Shown: piece by piece, positions 23,593 to 35,289 of the stretch | Position numbering within the stretch: the first letter of the stretch is position 1 | Layout: every line of letters starts with the position of its first letter | Assembly (NCBI RefSeq): GCF_001194135.2 | Contig: NC_068984.1 | Span: forward strand, 7,381,911 to 7,417,199 | Direction: 5' to 3' | Origin: Octopus bimaculoides | Taxonomy: Eukaryota | DNA length: 35,289 nt | The notes under the pieces: model-generated | Databases searched by the model: none | What the model was told of the DNA's origin: nothing | Seen by the model: the letters and a program-made list of their open reading frames with translations, nothing else | Program-made: the position numbers and the translations under genes

Positions 23593-23923
23593 CAGTTGAT
23601 CCGATCAATAGAACAGCCTGCTCGTGAAATTAACATGCAAGTGGCTGAGCACTCCACAGACACGTGTACCCTTAACGTAGTTCTCGGGGGAGATTCAGCG
23701 TGACACAGTGTGACAAGGCTAGACCTTTTAAAATACAGGTACAACAGAAACAGGAAGAAAGACTGAGAGAAAGTTGTGGTGAAAGAATACAGCAGGGTTC
23801 GCCCCCATCCATGCCGGAGCCTCGTGGAGCTTTTAGGTGTTTTCGCTCAATAAACACTCGCAACGCCCGGTCTGGGAATCGAAACCGCGATCCTATGACC
23901 GCGAGTCCACTGCCCTAACCACT
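23593..23923 (-). mobile_element. SINE family D
   Basis: High similarity to 9229-9560; head runs into a gap. Confidence 0.92.
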
Positions 23924-24438
23924 NNNNNNNNNNNNNNNNNNNNNNNNNNNNNNNNNNNNNNNNNNNNNNNNNNNNNNNNNNNNNNNNNNNNNNNNNNNNN
24001 NNNNNNNNNNNNNNNNNNNNNNNNNNNNNNNNNNNNNNNNNNNNNNNNNNNNNNNNNNNNNNNNNNNNNNNNNNNNNNNNNNNNNNNNNNNNNNNNNNNN
24101 NNNNNNNNNNNNNNNNNNNNNNNNNNNNNNNNNNNNNNNNNNNNNNNNNNNNNNNNNNNNNNNNNNNNNNTATATATATAAACATAGACAGATGCATGCA
24201 TACAAATACTTACACACAGGAAAGCGCATACACTCACATATATATATAAGCACATTCATACACATGTATGTACAAGATAAAAACTTGATTTATTGAAATT
24301 ATCATTACTTCGAGAGACAGTAAACAAATGCCTGATGGCAATAGCAACCAATGATTCCGAGTGCGAAAGGAAAACAATCCTAATAATTGAGAATTCTCCG
24401 AAATTCACATTACATCTATTTTTTGTTTATTTAACTGT

Positions 24439-24473
<35 letters not shown>

Positions 24474-24859
24474 TTATCATTTCTATTTATCTTTCTGAAG
24501 ATAAGAAAGAAACGTCAGAATTTGAAGCATAATTATGTTGTTTATAACGAACGTATGTTGACAAATTTGAAATCATGTTAATAAATAAAGAAAACACAAA
24601 CCACGCCCAACTACAATAAAACAGGTAATTATGTACACAGAGAACACTTTATAACCTCAATATGTAGCTGTTTACGTCTAGAAAATTTGATAGCAGATAT
24701 TAGAACTGTTTTTTCCCGTTCCAAATATTATGCAGCTGACTGATTGACAAAAGTTTTGAAAAGACATTAGAATTACAATAAAATTGAGTTTGTTACAGCA
24801 CAAGGCTGAATTGAACATTGTTCTCTACAGATAACTTTGTTTATGTATACGTGTGTATG

Positions 24860-24922
24860 TGTCTATGTATGTATGTATGTATGTATGTATGTATGTATGT
24901 ATGTCTATATGTATCTATCTAA

Positions 24923-24954
<32 letters not shown>

Positions 24955-25011
24955 AAACACATACACACACAGACACAAACACACACACACACACACATAG
25001 ACAGACAGACA

Positions 25012-25059
<48 letters not shown>

Positions 25060-25141
25060 TATATATATATATAGAAATAGATCGAATTGAAAAGCAGATA
25101 ACAGAGATAGATAGACAGATAGATAGATAGATAGATAGATA

Positions 25142-25180
<39 letters not shown>

Positions 25181-25305
25181 ATGTAGGTAGGTAGGTATGT
25201 ATGTATGTATGTATGTATGTATGTATGTAGGTAGGTAGGTAGGTAGGTAGGTAGGTAGGTATGAATAAAACATGTTTGGTAGTGTAAAGAATGGTATATA
25301 ATAAT

Positions 25306-25389
<84 letters not shown>

Positions 25390-25397
25390 AGTAATAA
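24860..25397. repeat. Compound microsatellite ladder (TATG, TATC, CA, GATA, GATT, TAGG, AAT)
   Basis: Successive short tandem arrays separated by short spacers. Confidence 0.95.
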
Positions 25398-26090
25398 TAG
25401 TCAATAAACTCGCGTGCAGTCGCAGCAGTTGAGTATGGCGCTGGAATTTTGAACTGAAGAGAGGATGAGCTAAAGGAGATGGATAGGAAGTCAAGAAGGC
25501 CCATAACGATGCATGGAGCAGTTGATGGCCTCTACATGACACTGATCGCTTATACATGAAGAGAGCAAATGGCGGAAGAGGACTGATAAGTGTGGAAGAC
25601 TGTGTACATATCGGACTCGACAGCTTAATGAGATATTTAACCCAAAGTAAGGAACGAGGGAGCACTGAAAGCAGAGAAAAAGGGAAAATGAAGGATGATG
25701 TACAAAAGGGACACGAAGAAGAATTGCGCAACAGGGGACTACACACACAATTCTATGTAGCCACAACAGAAGTTGCTAGAAAGAATAGGTGGGGTTGGTT
25801 GAAGAAAGGAACAATAAAAAAAAGAGACCGAGAGGACTATACTGGCAGTGCAAGACCAAAATTTGGCCACAAATTAGAAGGTCAAATTAGAAGGTGTCTC
25901 CGCTGTACCGCATCTGTAACAGAGTGGATGAAACCATTGCCCATATGACAAGCGAACGCCCTAGACTTGCCCAAAACCACTACAAGTTGTGGCAACGCGA
26001 CCAGTTAGTGAAAGTGCTACATTGGAAACCGTACGAAAAGTGGGGACTAGAGAAAGGCAACTCGTACTATGAGCACAAACCGTAGAAATT
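25390..26090 (+). mobile_element. R4/Dong-like RLE-LINE fragment (RT thumb to CCHC), decayed
   Basis: YGAGILN.R.DELKEMDRK, DRLYMKRANGGRGLISVEDCV, WLKKGTIK..E..ILA.QDQ, P.YRICN..DETIAH.TSE.P.LAQ..YK; starts at an (AAT)n tract. Confidence 0.88.
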
Positions 26091-26679
26091 TGCAACCATG
26101 TGACCAGCTTTAAGAGAATCAATAAGAGACATTCAACATGTTTGGTCAATTTTCTATGGCGACAGAAGGAAGCTAAAATTAAATACAACATAACTTGGTA
26201 CATAGTAAGGCATGCAGAACCATACCATATCATTTCCACGAGATACCAACTCTGCTCTGAGGAACCCCTGTCTGTTCTGTAGACCAATCAGAAGGTTATT
26301 AATAGAATTTCTGAAGGACTCACAAGATGCTTACACGCATATAAATGTACTTTTGCACAATGCAGTGGGAATGAATTTGAGTAACTGTTGACAGTTTACT
26401 TTAAGGTATGGATGAATTAAGTCTAGTTTTAACCTCCCCGTTCTTATAAACACATTTTCGCGGATGCTTGTATGTGCGAGGGTGTTTCTACATCCTTATC
26501 CGTTAACAGTTATTTTTACTTATGTCGCTGTATTGCGAGTTCATTTCTTTTTTGCATATGTGATTTTATTTTAGATCTTCCATGTAAACGAAGATATTTC
26601 CTTCGTTTTGCGGTTTTTCTTTCTACGAAATGAGAAGATACATTGCAGAAATGTTATTCTAACGACTTGTATGTATTTA

Positions 26680-26960
26680 TCACCCAACGAAACACATCGG
26701 CACCGCCGATACACAACAGTACCACCACCATCTCCACCACATCTGCCATCGATACACACCATACAAACGTCTGACGCTACCACCATCAATACCTTTGAAT
26801 TTGCCGCCTTTCCCCCCATCACCATTACCACTTTCTTTCACATCGTTTACTGTCACTTCATCCCTCAACGCCTCGGCTACCACCATCACCACCAACACCA
26901 TCATCATCATCGCCGCCTCCGCCTCTATCACAAATTCAGCTTATACTATTATTATCACCC
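26680..26960. repeat. Degenerate (CAC/CAT)n tract
   Basis: Triplet-rich low complexity. Confidence 0.8.
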
Positions 26961-27354
26961 CATTACTATCACAAAAAGGCTAAATATGTGTGTTTGTTAA
27001 GTATGTTACATCAGCCTGTTAGTGCAGTGGTCAGGCCCTCTTTCTCTTACACACCCACTCTTTCTCTCTCTCTCTTATTATTACTCCCACTGTCACCATA
27101 AACTCTACTAGTTTTAATAAAAGCATCAACTCTCCTTAAATTTCTTTGTCTCTCTTTCTCTCCTTCTTTTTCTTTCTCTCACTCTCTCTGTTTTCGCCAC
27201 TACCTTCATCGTCTCTATGCTTACTGCTACTCTCACCCCAACATGAGCAATAGTAAGAGTGTCAAGGAATAGTAAGAGACGAGAGTCGAAATCTGACAGA
27301 CTGACACACAGAACTTAGTTTCCGCATTTATTATATTAGATGTGTATATATATC

Positions 27355-27411
<57 letters not shown>

Positions 27412-27717
27412 GTGTGTGTGTGTGTGTGTATGTGTGTATGTGTGTGTGTGTGTGTATCGTATTCGGATTCAAGCTGACAAACACGCACACACACACATAC
27501 ACACATCTCCAAAAGATACACTAACATTAGCAAGTCTTAGGTATCACGTTGAAATTAAATATCTTGTGATACATTCACCGCACTATTAACTGTGACACAT
27601 TTCGTATCCTAGAGATAAAATGAAGTTTATCTCAAGTTAGATGCTACAAACAACATTGTAGGTGGCTACAAGTTAGGTGCTTCAAACAAATTGTATAAAG
27701 TAAATAACTGTACTCAC

Positions 27718-27787
27718 CTTTTAAAAAAATGATTTGGTAAAACGCGGGAAAACGACGGATACAGAAATGTGGCCACACCAACGAAAA
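27718..27787 (-). CDS. Candidate internal exon (70 bp, phase 1 to 2): FVGVATFLYPSFSRVLPNHFFK, GAIN-domain-like
   Basis: Acceptor gatttctttacag, donor AAG|gtgagt (full consensus); the V..LY.[ST]...LP pattern resembles a CELSR/latrophilin GAIN strand. Confidence 0.45.
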
Positions 27788-27809
27788 CTGTAAAGAAATC
27801 AATAGTGTC

Positions 27810-27853
<44 letters not shown>

Positions 27854-27868
27854 TAATAAAAAAAAATA

Positions 27869-28401
27869 ATATGCCAACACTATGGAATAACAACAGAAAA
27901 AAGATAGTATAGGCACACACCAGAAAAGGTCACAGAAAACGAGAAAGCAACAATACTATGGGATATGCTAATACACACAGATGGAGAAATTAAGGCCAAT
28001 AGGCCAGATATAGTTGTCAGAGATCACGAAGAAAAAAAAATGCTTTCTAATTGATGTATTAATACTAGCAGATGACAACGTTTCCCTAAAAGAAATAGAG
28101 AAACTTTCAAAATACAAAGACCTGGAAATAGAGGTAACTCGAATGTGGAATCTAAAAACAGAAACAATTCTTATCATAGTAGGCGCCTTAGGTATGATAA
28201 AAAATATTCAGACAAATACACCAGGACTTACAGGTATATATAACATACAGAAAATTGCACTACTAGGCACTGCATACATCCTACGCAAAATACTTTCAAT
28301 ACAGTAACCATAAGAGCATCACAGCAAACCACAGCACATACCCAAGGCGCACAGAGCTGCGCTCGGTAGTGAAGTGAAAGCACGTTATAAAAATAAAACT
28401 A

Positions 28402-28404
<3 letters not shown>
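27869..28404 (+). mobile_element. 5'-truncated R4/Dong-like LINE (RLE domain plus 3' UTR) within (AAT)n
   Basis: CQHYGI..H.PEKVTENEKATILWD..IHTD.EIKANRPDIVV..CFLIDV..KEIEKLSKYKDL..LQKIALLGTAYILRKIL-like; (AAT)n at 27811-27860 and 28405-28461. Confidence 0.92.
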
Positions 28405-28461
<57 letters not shown>

Positions 28462-28820
28462 TGCCCTGATGCAGTACGAGATAGTGGCTCTCATGGGTTT
28501 CTGATCTTAACTGATTGGAAGTGTTGTTATGTACAGTGTTTTGTCTTGGTATAAAAGATGGGCTACAGCAAATATTCTGCTCAATACCACAGATTTGCTT
28601 GTCAGTTGTTTGACGTTAACCAGTTGAGCATGTCCCTTAGTGGCTGACGATATGTACGTTTCTGATCGCGAGCAGAAGTAGTGGGAAGGGGGCATCATAG
28701 CCATGTGTTGAGAGGAATTCTTTGGAGTTTGAATAATTCTCCTCTGGAAAGAGGAGAATTCAACATCCTTAAACAAGTCTTGTTCAGGGATCTTTTGATC
28801 GGGATGGGCTACTCCACATG
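28462..28820 (+). mobile_element. Interspersed repeat family F (unclassified)
   Basis: Second partial copy at 33645-33765 (GATGCAGT..CTACAGCAAATATT..CCAGTTG.GCATG.CCCTTA). Confidence 0.7.
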
Positions 28821-28821
28821 A

Positions 28822-28945
28822 AGAGGTCGACTTTGCCTTTCATCTTTTCGGGTTCGATAAATTAAGTACCAATTGCGTACAGTCGTTGATGTAATCGACT
28901 GGTCCCCTCCCACAAATTTCGGGGCTTGTGCCTAGAGTAGAAAAA
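28822..28945 (+). mobile_element. SINE B 3' part
   Basis: GAGGTCGACTTTGCCTTTCATC..GATAAATTAAGTACC..CTTGTGCCTAGAGTAGAAA. Confidence 0.85.
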
Positions 28946-30474
28946 TGATATTTCTAGTCTCACAAGACTTTTAAACATGTCGCTTGTCTTCTCAGGGACA
29001 TCATTTCCCTGTTCACCTCCCTGTTAGTCAGAAGTCCTTTTATTTTTATAGCCCCTTTTCTTAAACTGCTGCCCTCAAGGACTCACTGCCATCGACAGGA
29101 TTCCCTCTGTTCTATGATATTTAGCCCTTTAATATATTTGTCAATCGATATGTTTTGAATTTATACGCCCCTTCTTTTTCTCCTCTGTAAGCACTTATAG
29201 TCTTGAAAGGCCTCAAGTCTTATTTGCAATAAAATTGCAGAAAATTGTGAAAATCTTCAATATTAGAGATGACACCTGTTGATGACGTCACTTAATTACG
29301 TCATTATTTGCTGTTTCTATGCGAAACTCTCTCTTTACCTGTTTATGACTGAACAGTTCCGATAAATGCTTCGCTTAATGCAGAACCGTATTTGTCATTT
29401 CGAGAGTAATTTCAATTGTCTACAGAAGCAAAGTGTCGGAAGAGTGTGATGCTGTCAACCACGTTTTAATGTACTCAACAACTGTCGCAAGTTATTGATT
29501 TGATCTGTTTGACCAAAGTACAGCAGTATATCGATCATCTACACATAGCAGCTGATTCGATTTCAATTAGTTGGTTTCGATCTGCTTCCACAGATATAAA
29601 ACCGGTGCGTATTTAACGTGGAATTGGAATCAGTTTCCAATTGCTTTAGCCTCGTTTGATCGTCTGAGTTTACGCCCTTGTCTGTTTTGAGGGAAATCTC
29701 GATCCAATGTTTACATCTCAGTTTATGTAGAATTTTAATTAATTAAGGTGTTGCTGCCGGTCAAATTCTGTGTAAAGGCTTACATGATTAAATATGTATG
29801 ATATGGTTAAGTGACTATAGCATCGGGTCTATAGAATATACATGGAGATGACAGAAATATTGCTACAAAGACTTATTGACTGAGTGCTGTCTGGAAGTAT
29901 TTGAGGAATATAAATTTGAAATCTCTTTTAAAAACATACAGAACTAGATTGTTTAATATGTGTTGTACGTAAGAAGAAGTTAACACCAGATCGCGCTCTG
30001 AAATCACGGACTAAACCTAATTGAATTTCACAGGCAAAATTATTTTACGCTGCGTTCGCTCCAATTGGTTAACAAGGGTTAAACTTACATGTGTCACACT
30101 TCAAGATTAGATGTTACGGATTAAAACGAGACGATACCAATCAAAACTCGAAGGAAATTGGCTGCGATGCAATCGTCTGAGCTCTCATCCTTTTCAACCA
30201 GTGTATGTATGTATATATGTATGTATGCATGCATATATAAACGTATATATATATTTTATGTATATGTATTTGCATATATAGATACATATTTGTGTGCGCG
30301 TGTGTGCGTGCACGTGTGTGTGTATATATTTGTATGTGTGTGTATGTGTGTGTATGTGTGTGTGTATGTGTGAGTGTGTATGTATGTGTATGTATGTGTG
30401 TGAATGTGTGTGTTCAATCGGCAGAGAATTTGCGTAAATAATTCTGAGAGTATAATTTCTGTGGGATGTGTACG

Positions 30475-30660
30475 CGATAGGAGTCATTGTCTCACATGTG
30501 GTACCCATTAGGGTCTGTGATGCTAGCATTAATGAAAGGTTTCACTGTATTTTGCTATGTGCCCTCATTCAAATTGGTGCCTATTTTTCTAAGTCTATTG
30601 CACTCTACAGAAAATTCTGACTCAAACAAACGAATTTTTCGAAGAGTCTATTCATTATAC
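30475..30660 (+). pseudogene. Possible decayed C-terminal CCHC knuckle of a non-LTR retrotransposon
   Basis: CLTC...NERFHCILLC/PSFKL pattern across frames. Confidence 0.3.
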
Positions 30661-31733
30661 AAATCTTACCATATTCAATAAGAACTATCTGAACTACTTT
30701 TCGCGGAATATTTATAGCTCACGCTGCGGTTTATTTCTAGAGTCGACCTTGACATCATTATGCTTTGGGCAAATGCCAGCATCATTAGTCAGTAGGATGC
30801 TAAGTGCGAATGTCAGAATATATGACTGCGAAGAAATTGGTGCTTCCCTTTCATCACCATCCATTAGATATATGATCAAGATTACATATTAGTGTTGCAC
30901 ATGGTCTCTATAGAAATCAAAAATCCATTATGGTATCGTAAAGAGAGAAACCAAGAAGAAATGCAATTATTCTCTTTCTTTGTAAGTTGTGTGATTCAAT
31001 ATTTCATGACGAAAGAAACCCCGCTATGAGGAGTTTCAAAAATAAAAGCATAATCTGTAACGTGGCGTAAATGTAATTTGAAATTTGCTGACTCAGCGCA
31101 TGTTGATAGAAAATCTATCAATAAAATAGACAAATAGATAAAACCTCGCTTTAGTTAAACAAAATGAGGACCATAAAATATAAACGTTTTGTAAAAGTAA
31201 TTGTATGTTAATGCCTCAAATGTACTAATGTGTATCTCGAAGTCAACTTTTGCGGAAACGACAGAATAGATCGTTCACCATTAGGCTATTGTTATCACTA
31301 TGATAAAATGATGAGATGATGAGGTGATGAGATATTGAACATTAATTTCGTTTAAAAGGATCAGAACCGATATCTTTTAACTATTGAAACCTTGCTTCCA
31401 TAAAATTCCTACAATAACGTTCTTTGTTTATTTTTTTATCTTTCCGTTTGTGAATAGAGGAAGATAAGGGTCATGTTGAAGAGGAAATCCTTTTCAGAGT
31501 TTCAAAGACTGAATAGTTTTAATTAGTTTTAATAAGTTTAATGAAATCAAAGTTTAAAATGAATTTAATTTAAAACATTAGACTAAGTGACGTAGAAGAT
31601 GACTACAATGTTTAGTGTCTGTGAGAATGGAGTGAAGAATGAATGTTATTATTGAAAGAACAGCACGCAAAATAGAGACATAGTGCTTCACATCTTCGGT
31701 TAGCAATATGAAATAAAGGTTAATTGTTTAGAA

Positions 31734-32040
31734 CAGTGGTTCTCAGCCGGGGTCTGCATGGCCCTTGGGGATCCACATCAGATTATTTTGTTAAAATTGA
31801 TGTACAATGAATTAGTGATAGTTCAGTACACAAAATATTTCAACAATTTTTTTTTATTATTATACAGTTGTGGCTGTGTGGCAAGAAGCTTGCTTTTAAA
31901 CCACACGGTTCAGGGCTGAGTCCTACTGCGTGGCATATTGGGCAAGTGTCTTCTACTATAACTTCGGGCCAACCAAATCCTTGTGAGTGGATTTGGTCGA
32001 CGGAAACTGAAAGAAGCCACTCGTATATACATATATATAA

Positions 32041-32114
<74 letters not shown>

Positions 32115-32436
32115 TAGTGTGTCTGTTTGTCCCCTCACCATCATTTGACAACTGATGGTGTGTTTATGTCCCTGTATCTAGCGGTTTGGCAATAGCGGCC
32201 GATAGAATAAATACTAGGCTTACAAAGAATAAGTCTGGGGTCGATTTGTTCGATTAGAGGCGGTGCTCTAGCATGGCCGCAGTCAAATGACTGAAACAAG
32301 TAAAAGCATAAAAAATAAAGAATCTACTTATAAAAGCATAATAGGAGTTTTTAAAACATCGAATGGCTATGGAGGTCCAGCGGAGTAAAATACGAATGAA
32401 AGGGGAGATAGAGAAAAAAATGGTTGAAAATCTCTC
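31734..32436. mobile_element. hAT (Charlie-like) MITE interrupted by a SINE C
   Basis: Left end CAGTGGTTCTCAGCC, degenerate right end GGTTGAAAATCTCTC; flanks GTTTAGAA / CTGTAGTT both fit nTnTAG. Confidence 0.55.
31866..32306 (+). mobile_element. Full-length SINE C with internal (TA)n(TG)n
   Basis: Head, central microsatellite and 3' tail CATGGCCGCAGTCAAATGACTGAAACAAGTAAAAG are contiguous. Confidence 0.92.
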
Positions 32437-32503
32437 CTGTAGTTGAATGGTTAATTACTGATGAAAACGACTGTAATAAATGTTTTCTTGTCAGTAGGAA
32501 TGC

Positions 32504-32790
32504 TGTTGTTGGCACTCCGTCGGTTACGACGACGAGGGTTCCAGTTGATGCGATCAACGGAACATGCTGGTCGTCAAATTAACGTGCAAGTGGCTGAGCA
32601 CTCCACAGATACGTGTACCCTTAACATAGTTCTCAGGGAGATCCAGCGTGATACAGAGTGTGACAAGGCTGGCCCTTTGAAATACAGGTACAACAGAAAG
32701 AGGAAGAAAGAGTGAGAGAAATTTGTGATGAAAGAGTACAGCAGCGTTTGCTACCATCCCCTGCCGGAGCCTTGTGGAGTTTTAGATGTT
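32504..32790 (-). mobile_element. SINE D, 5'-truncated, with complete tail
   Basis: TGTTGTTGGCACTCCGTCGGTTACGACGACGAGGGTTCCAGTTG tail; homology to the other D copies. Confidence 0.9.
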
Positions 32791-32899
32791 AGAAATCCTG
32801 GAAGAAATGGACACAGAAAAGAAAGGCAGCTCACGACGTAGAGTAGTGTGCAGCCTCGAAATGATGTGGACTCGTGTTATATTGGAGAAAGAAAGAAGA

Positions 32900-33335
32900 C
32901 GAACAGATAGGGTTAATGGGTGTTGAATAGGTCGTAGAACTAAAGAAGAGAAGTGTATTATCGAGTCGGAAAAGAAGGAGTATTTACAGAAAGGGCAAGA
33001 TCTAAAAAGGGGAAAATATAAAAAGGTGGAAAAGAGGAAATGAAACTTCGAAAGAAGATATTCGATGACAAGTACAGCTGCCTATGTTTGAAGAAAGTGC
33101 TTTAGAAGAAAGAAACTAAAGGAATGATCTTGGCAGCTCAACCCGAAGGCCCGAAGGATAAATTAGATCAAAAGCTTTATAGATCAAGAAGTCTGTTATC
33201 CAAAATGCAGAGTGTGGGATGATTGAGATGAGATCATGGTTGATGTTGAATCGGAATATAATTCCGATACAATGTTAGCAGAGAATGAATGCAGAAAGAG
33301 AAGAAGGCATGATAAGATCACTGCAATAATACCTG
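32900..33335 (+). mobile_element. Old R4/Dong-like RLE-LINE fragment
   Basis: LKK.L.KKETKGMILAAQ, DQEVCYPKCRV, LAENECRKRRRHDKITAII; followed by an ACA/ACT/AAT microsatellite. Confidence 0.7.
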
Positions 33336-33429
33336 CTGTTTTTGCCGCTACAACAACAACAGCAACTACTACTACTACTACTACTGATATTATTATTATT
33401 AGTAATAATAATAATAATAATAATAATAA

Positions 33430-33635
33430 TGGTTTCAAATTTTGCCACAAAAGCAGTAATTTTGTGGAAGGAGATGAGTCGATTATATCGACCCCAGTGT
33501 TCAACTGGTACTTACTTTATCGACCCCGAAAGGATAAAAGGCAAAGTCGACTTCGGCAGAATTTGAACTCAGAAGGTAAAGACAGACGAAATACTGCTAA
33601 GCATTTCGCCCGGCGTTCTAACGTTTCTGCCAGCT
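33430..33635 (-). mobile_element. SINE B
   Basis: ATCGACCCCGAAAGGATAAAAGGCAAAGTCGACTTCGGCAGAATTTGAACTCAG..GCTAAGCATTTCGCCCGG. Confidence 0.9.
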
Positions 33636-33644
33636 AATAAGGAA

Positions 33645-33765
33645 CGTCTTGATGCAGTGCCAGGTAATGTTATCAAAAAGATGAACTACAGCAAATATTA
33701 TTTATGCTTAATACTACAGATTTACCTGCCAGTTGCTTGACCTTAACCAGTTGGGCATGCCCCTT
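33645..33765 (+). mobile_element. Repeat family F, internally deleted copy
   Basis: Homology to 28465-28640. Confidence 0.65.
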
Positions 33766-33990
33766 AATATTTATTATTATTATCATTATTGTTAATAGTA
33801 ATAATAATATGAGTAGTAATAGTAGTAGTAGTAGTGCAGTGAATTCTTAGATATGTTGTACTTTCGAATACAAGATGATTGCCGTTGAAGAGGGTCAGGC
33901 TGTAACGCTTGAGCCCTGTGTGCCACAGTGGCATATTCACTGATATCATTGACTCAGTATCTTAGAATAATTAACTTTACCTCTTTAACC

Positions 33991-34374
33991 TTTACTTGTT
34001 CTAGTCATTAGACTGTGGCCATGCTGGGGCAACGCCTTTAAGAATCTTTAACCGAATGAATCTACTCTACTACTTTATTTTTTAAAACCTGGTACTTATT
34101 CTATCTGTTCTTTTTGCCGACTACTAACTTACGGGGACTTACACAACCGACACCGGTTGTCAAGGTGTGTCACGAAGACACACACATATAAATATATGTA
34201 TTTGTGTGTATATATGACAGGTTACATTCAGTCTATCAAATCCTCTGACAAGGCTTTGGTCGGTCCGATGCTATAGTGGAAGAAACTTACTCGAGAAGCC
34301 ACTCAGTGGGCTTGAACCCGGAACCATTTGGTTGGGAAGCAAGCTTCTTACCACACATCCATACCTGCACCTAT
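33991..34374 (-). mobile_element. Full-length SINE C, diverged
   Basis: Tail, short central TA/CA and head in order on the minus strand. Confidence 0.88.
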
Positions 34375-35114
34375 TTATTTCTCTGTCTCAATTAATTGAT
34401 GAAAACTAACTTCATTCTTCTTCTTTTTAAATCAAGAAGAACCTAGCTAGGAAGAAGGCTCTCGTTATGACTGATACCCGAAATTTACGTCTCGTTTAGG
34501 TACAACAGATTGGAGAAGATTAAAATAAAAACCCCAACGAGTACCTGGTTTGATATAATACACTAATCACCTGCCTTGCCCCAAATTTTAAGCCTTGTGC
34601 CAAAATAATGAATTACTTAAAGTAGTCGTAGCAGTAGTACTAGTAGCAACAGTAGCAGCTATATAAACAAGTATATAAGTATTAAACTGACTTTACTGGG
34701 CATTTGTTCAATAAAACTTCAATTGATTTTGTTATCATTAAAACGCCATCATCACATCTTGTGTAACTATAGCAGTGTTTTGTGATGTGCGTCTATGGAT
34801 AATTATTTTAATAAACACTATGTTTCCCCTTTCATCTTATTCAGTGAATTTAAACCGAAACTAAAATGAATGTAGAATGAAGTGTATGTTTTTCTATTTA
34901 TAAATCTTTTGTAAATGAAATTTCGATTTTTTCCCTTCACAGAAACAACAAGTCTACCTTTGGCACGAACTCAACCCTTTGCTCGAACAGGGGAAGAGCT
35001 AAAACTGACCTCTAATCGTATTGGTAGTTAACTTGAACCAACTTTAGATTACTGATGTGAAAAGTTCCAATATTAATGGCAGAAATGTGACCGAAAAAAG
35101 TTAAAAGGCCAGGC

Positions 35115-35289
35115 ATAGGCGCAGGAGTGGCTGTACGGTAAGAAACTTGCTTCGCAACCACATGGTTCCCGGTTCTGTCACACTGCGTGGGCACCTTGGG
35201 GAAGGGTGTTCTACTCTAGCCTCGGGCCGACCAAAGCCTTGTGAGTGCATTTGGTAGACGGAAACTGAAAGAAGCCCGTCATATATATA
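35115..35289 (+). mobile_element. SINE C 5' half running off the window
   Basis: ATAGGCGCAGGAGTGGCTG..GGAAACTGAAAGAAGCCCGTC then (TA)n. Confidence 0.9.

Noticed and set aside
24309-24379. Minus-strand 71-bp segment open in all three frames, with AG/GT ends
   Set aside because: Weak polypyrimidine tract and no motif support.
24495-24520. CTGAAGA...GAAACGTC hammerhead-like core on the plus strand
   Set aside because: No stem II and only a weak stem I; at best a dead remnant.
33860-33950. IAVEEGQAVTLEPC (plus strand, Ig-like) and ESMISVNMP (minus strand, GAIN-like) peptides
   Set aside because: Short, with weak splice sites; chance resemblance cannot be excluded.

Overview
AT-rich, microsatellite-dense eukaryotic DNA with about 3 kb of assembly gaps. 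The repeat families look like those of Octopus/coleoid cephalopods (inference from pattern recognition). Almost all track ORFs are artefacts of simple repeats, N runs or SINEs. Supported content: a decayed TIR-bounded mariner and a second mariner 5' fragment; a pogo/Tigger-like MITE and a hAT-like MITE; several tRNA-derived SINE families (about 25 copies, two with clear 16-17 bp TSDs); RTE and CR1/L2-type LINE 3' ends; four R4/Dong-type RLE-LINE fragments abutting (AAT)n tracts; a Penelope-like RT fragment. Most interesting: (1) small, well-spliced minus-strand exons scattered over 25 kb that translate into consecutive strands of a GAIN domain (candidate adhesion-GPCR gene); (2) a 2 kb element with >500 bp inverted arms around a Penelope-type GIY-YIG nuclease remnant; (3) minimal type I hammerhead-ribozyme-like motifs on the minus strand; (4) a LINE and a SINE family sharing a 3' tail with a differently paired hairpin.
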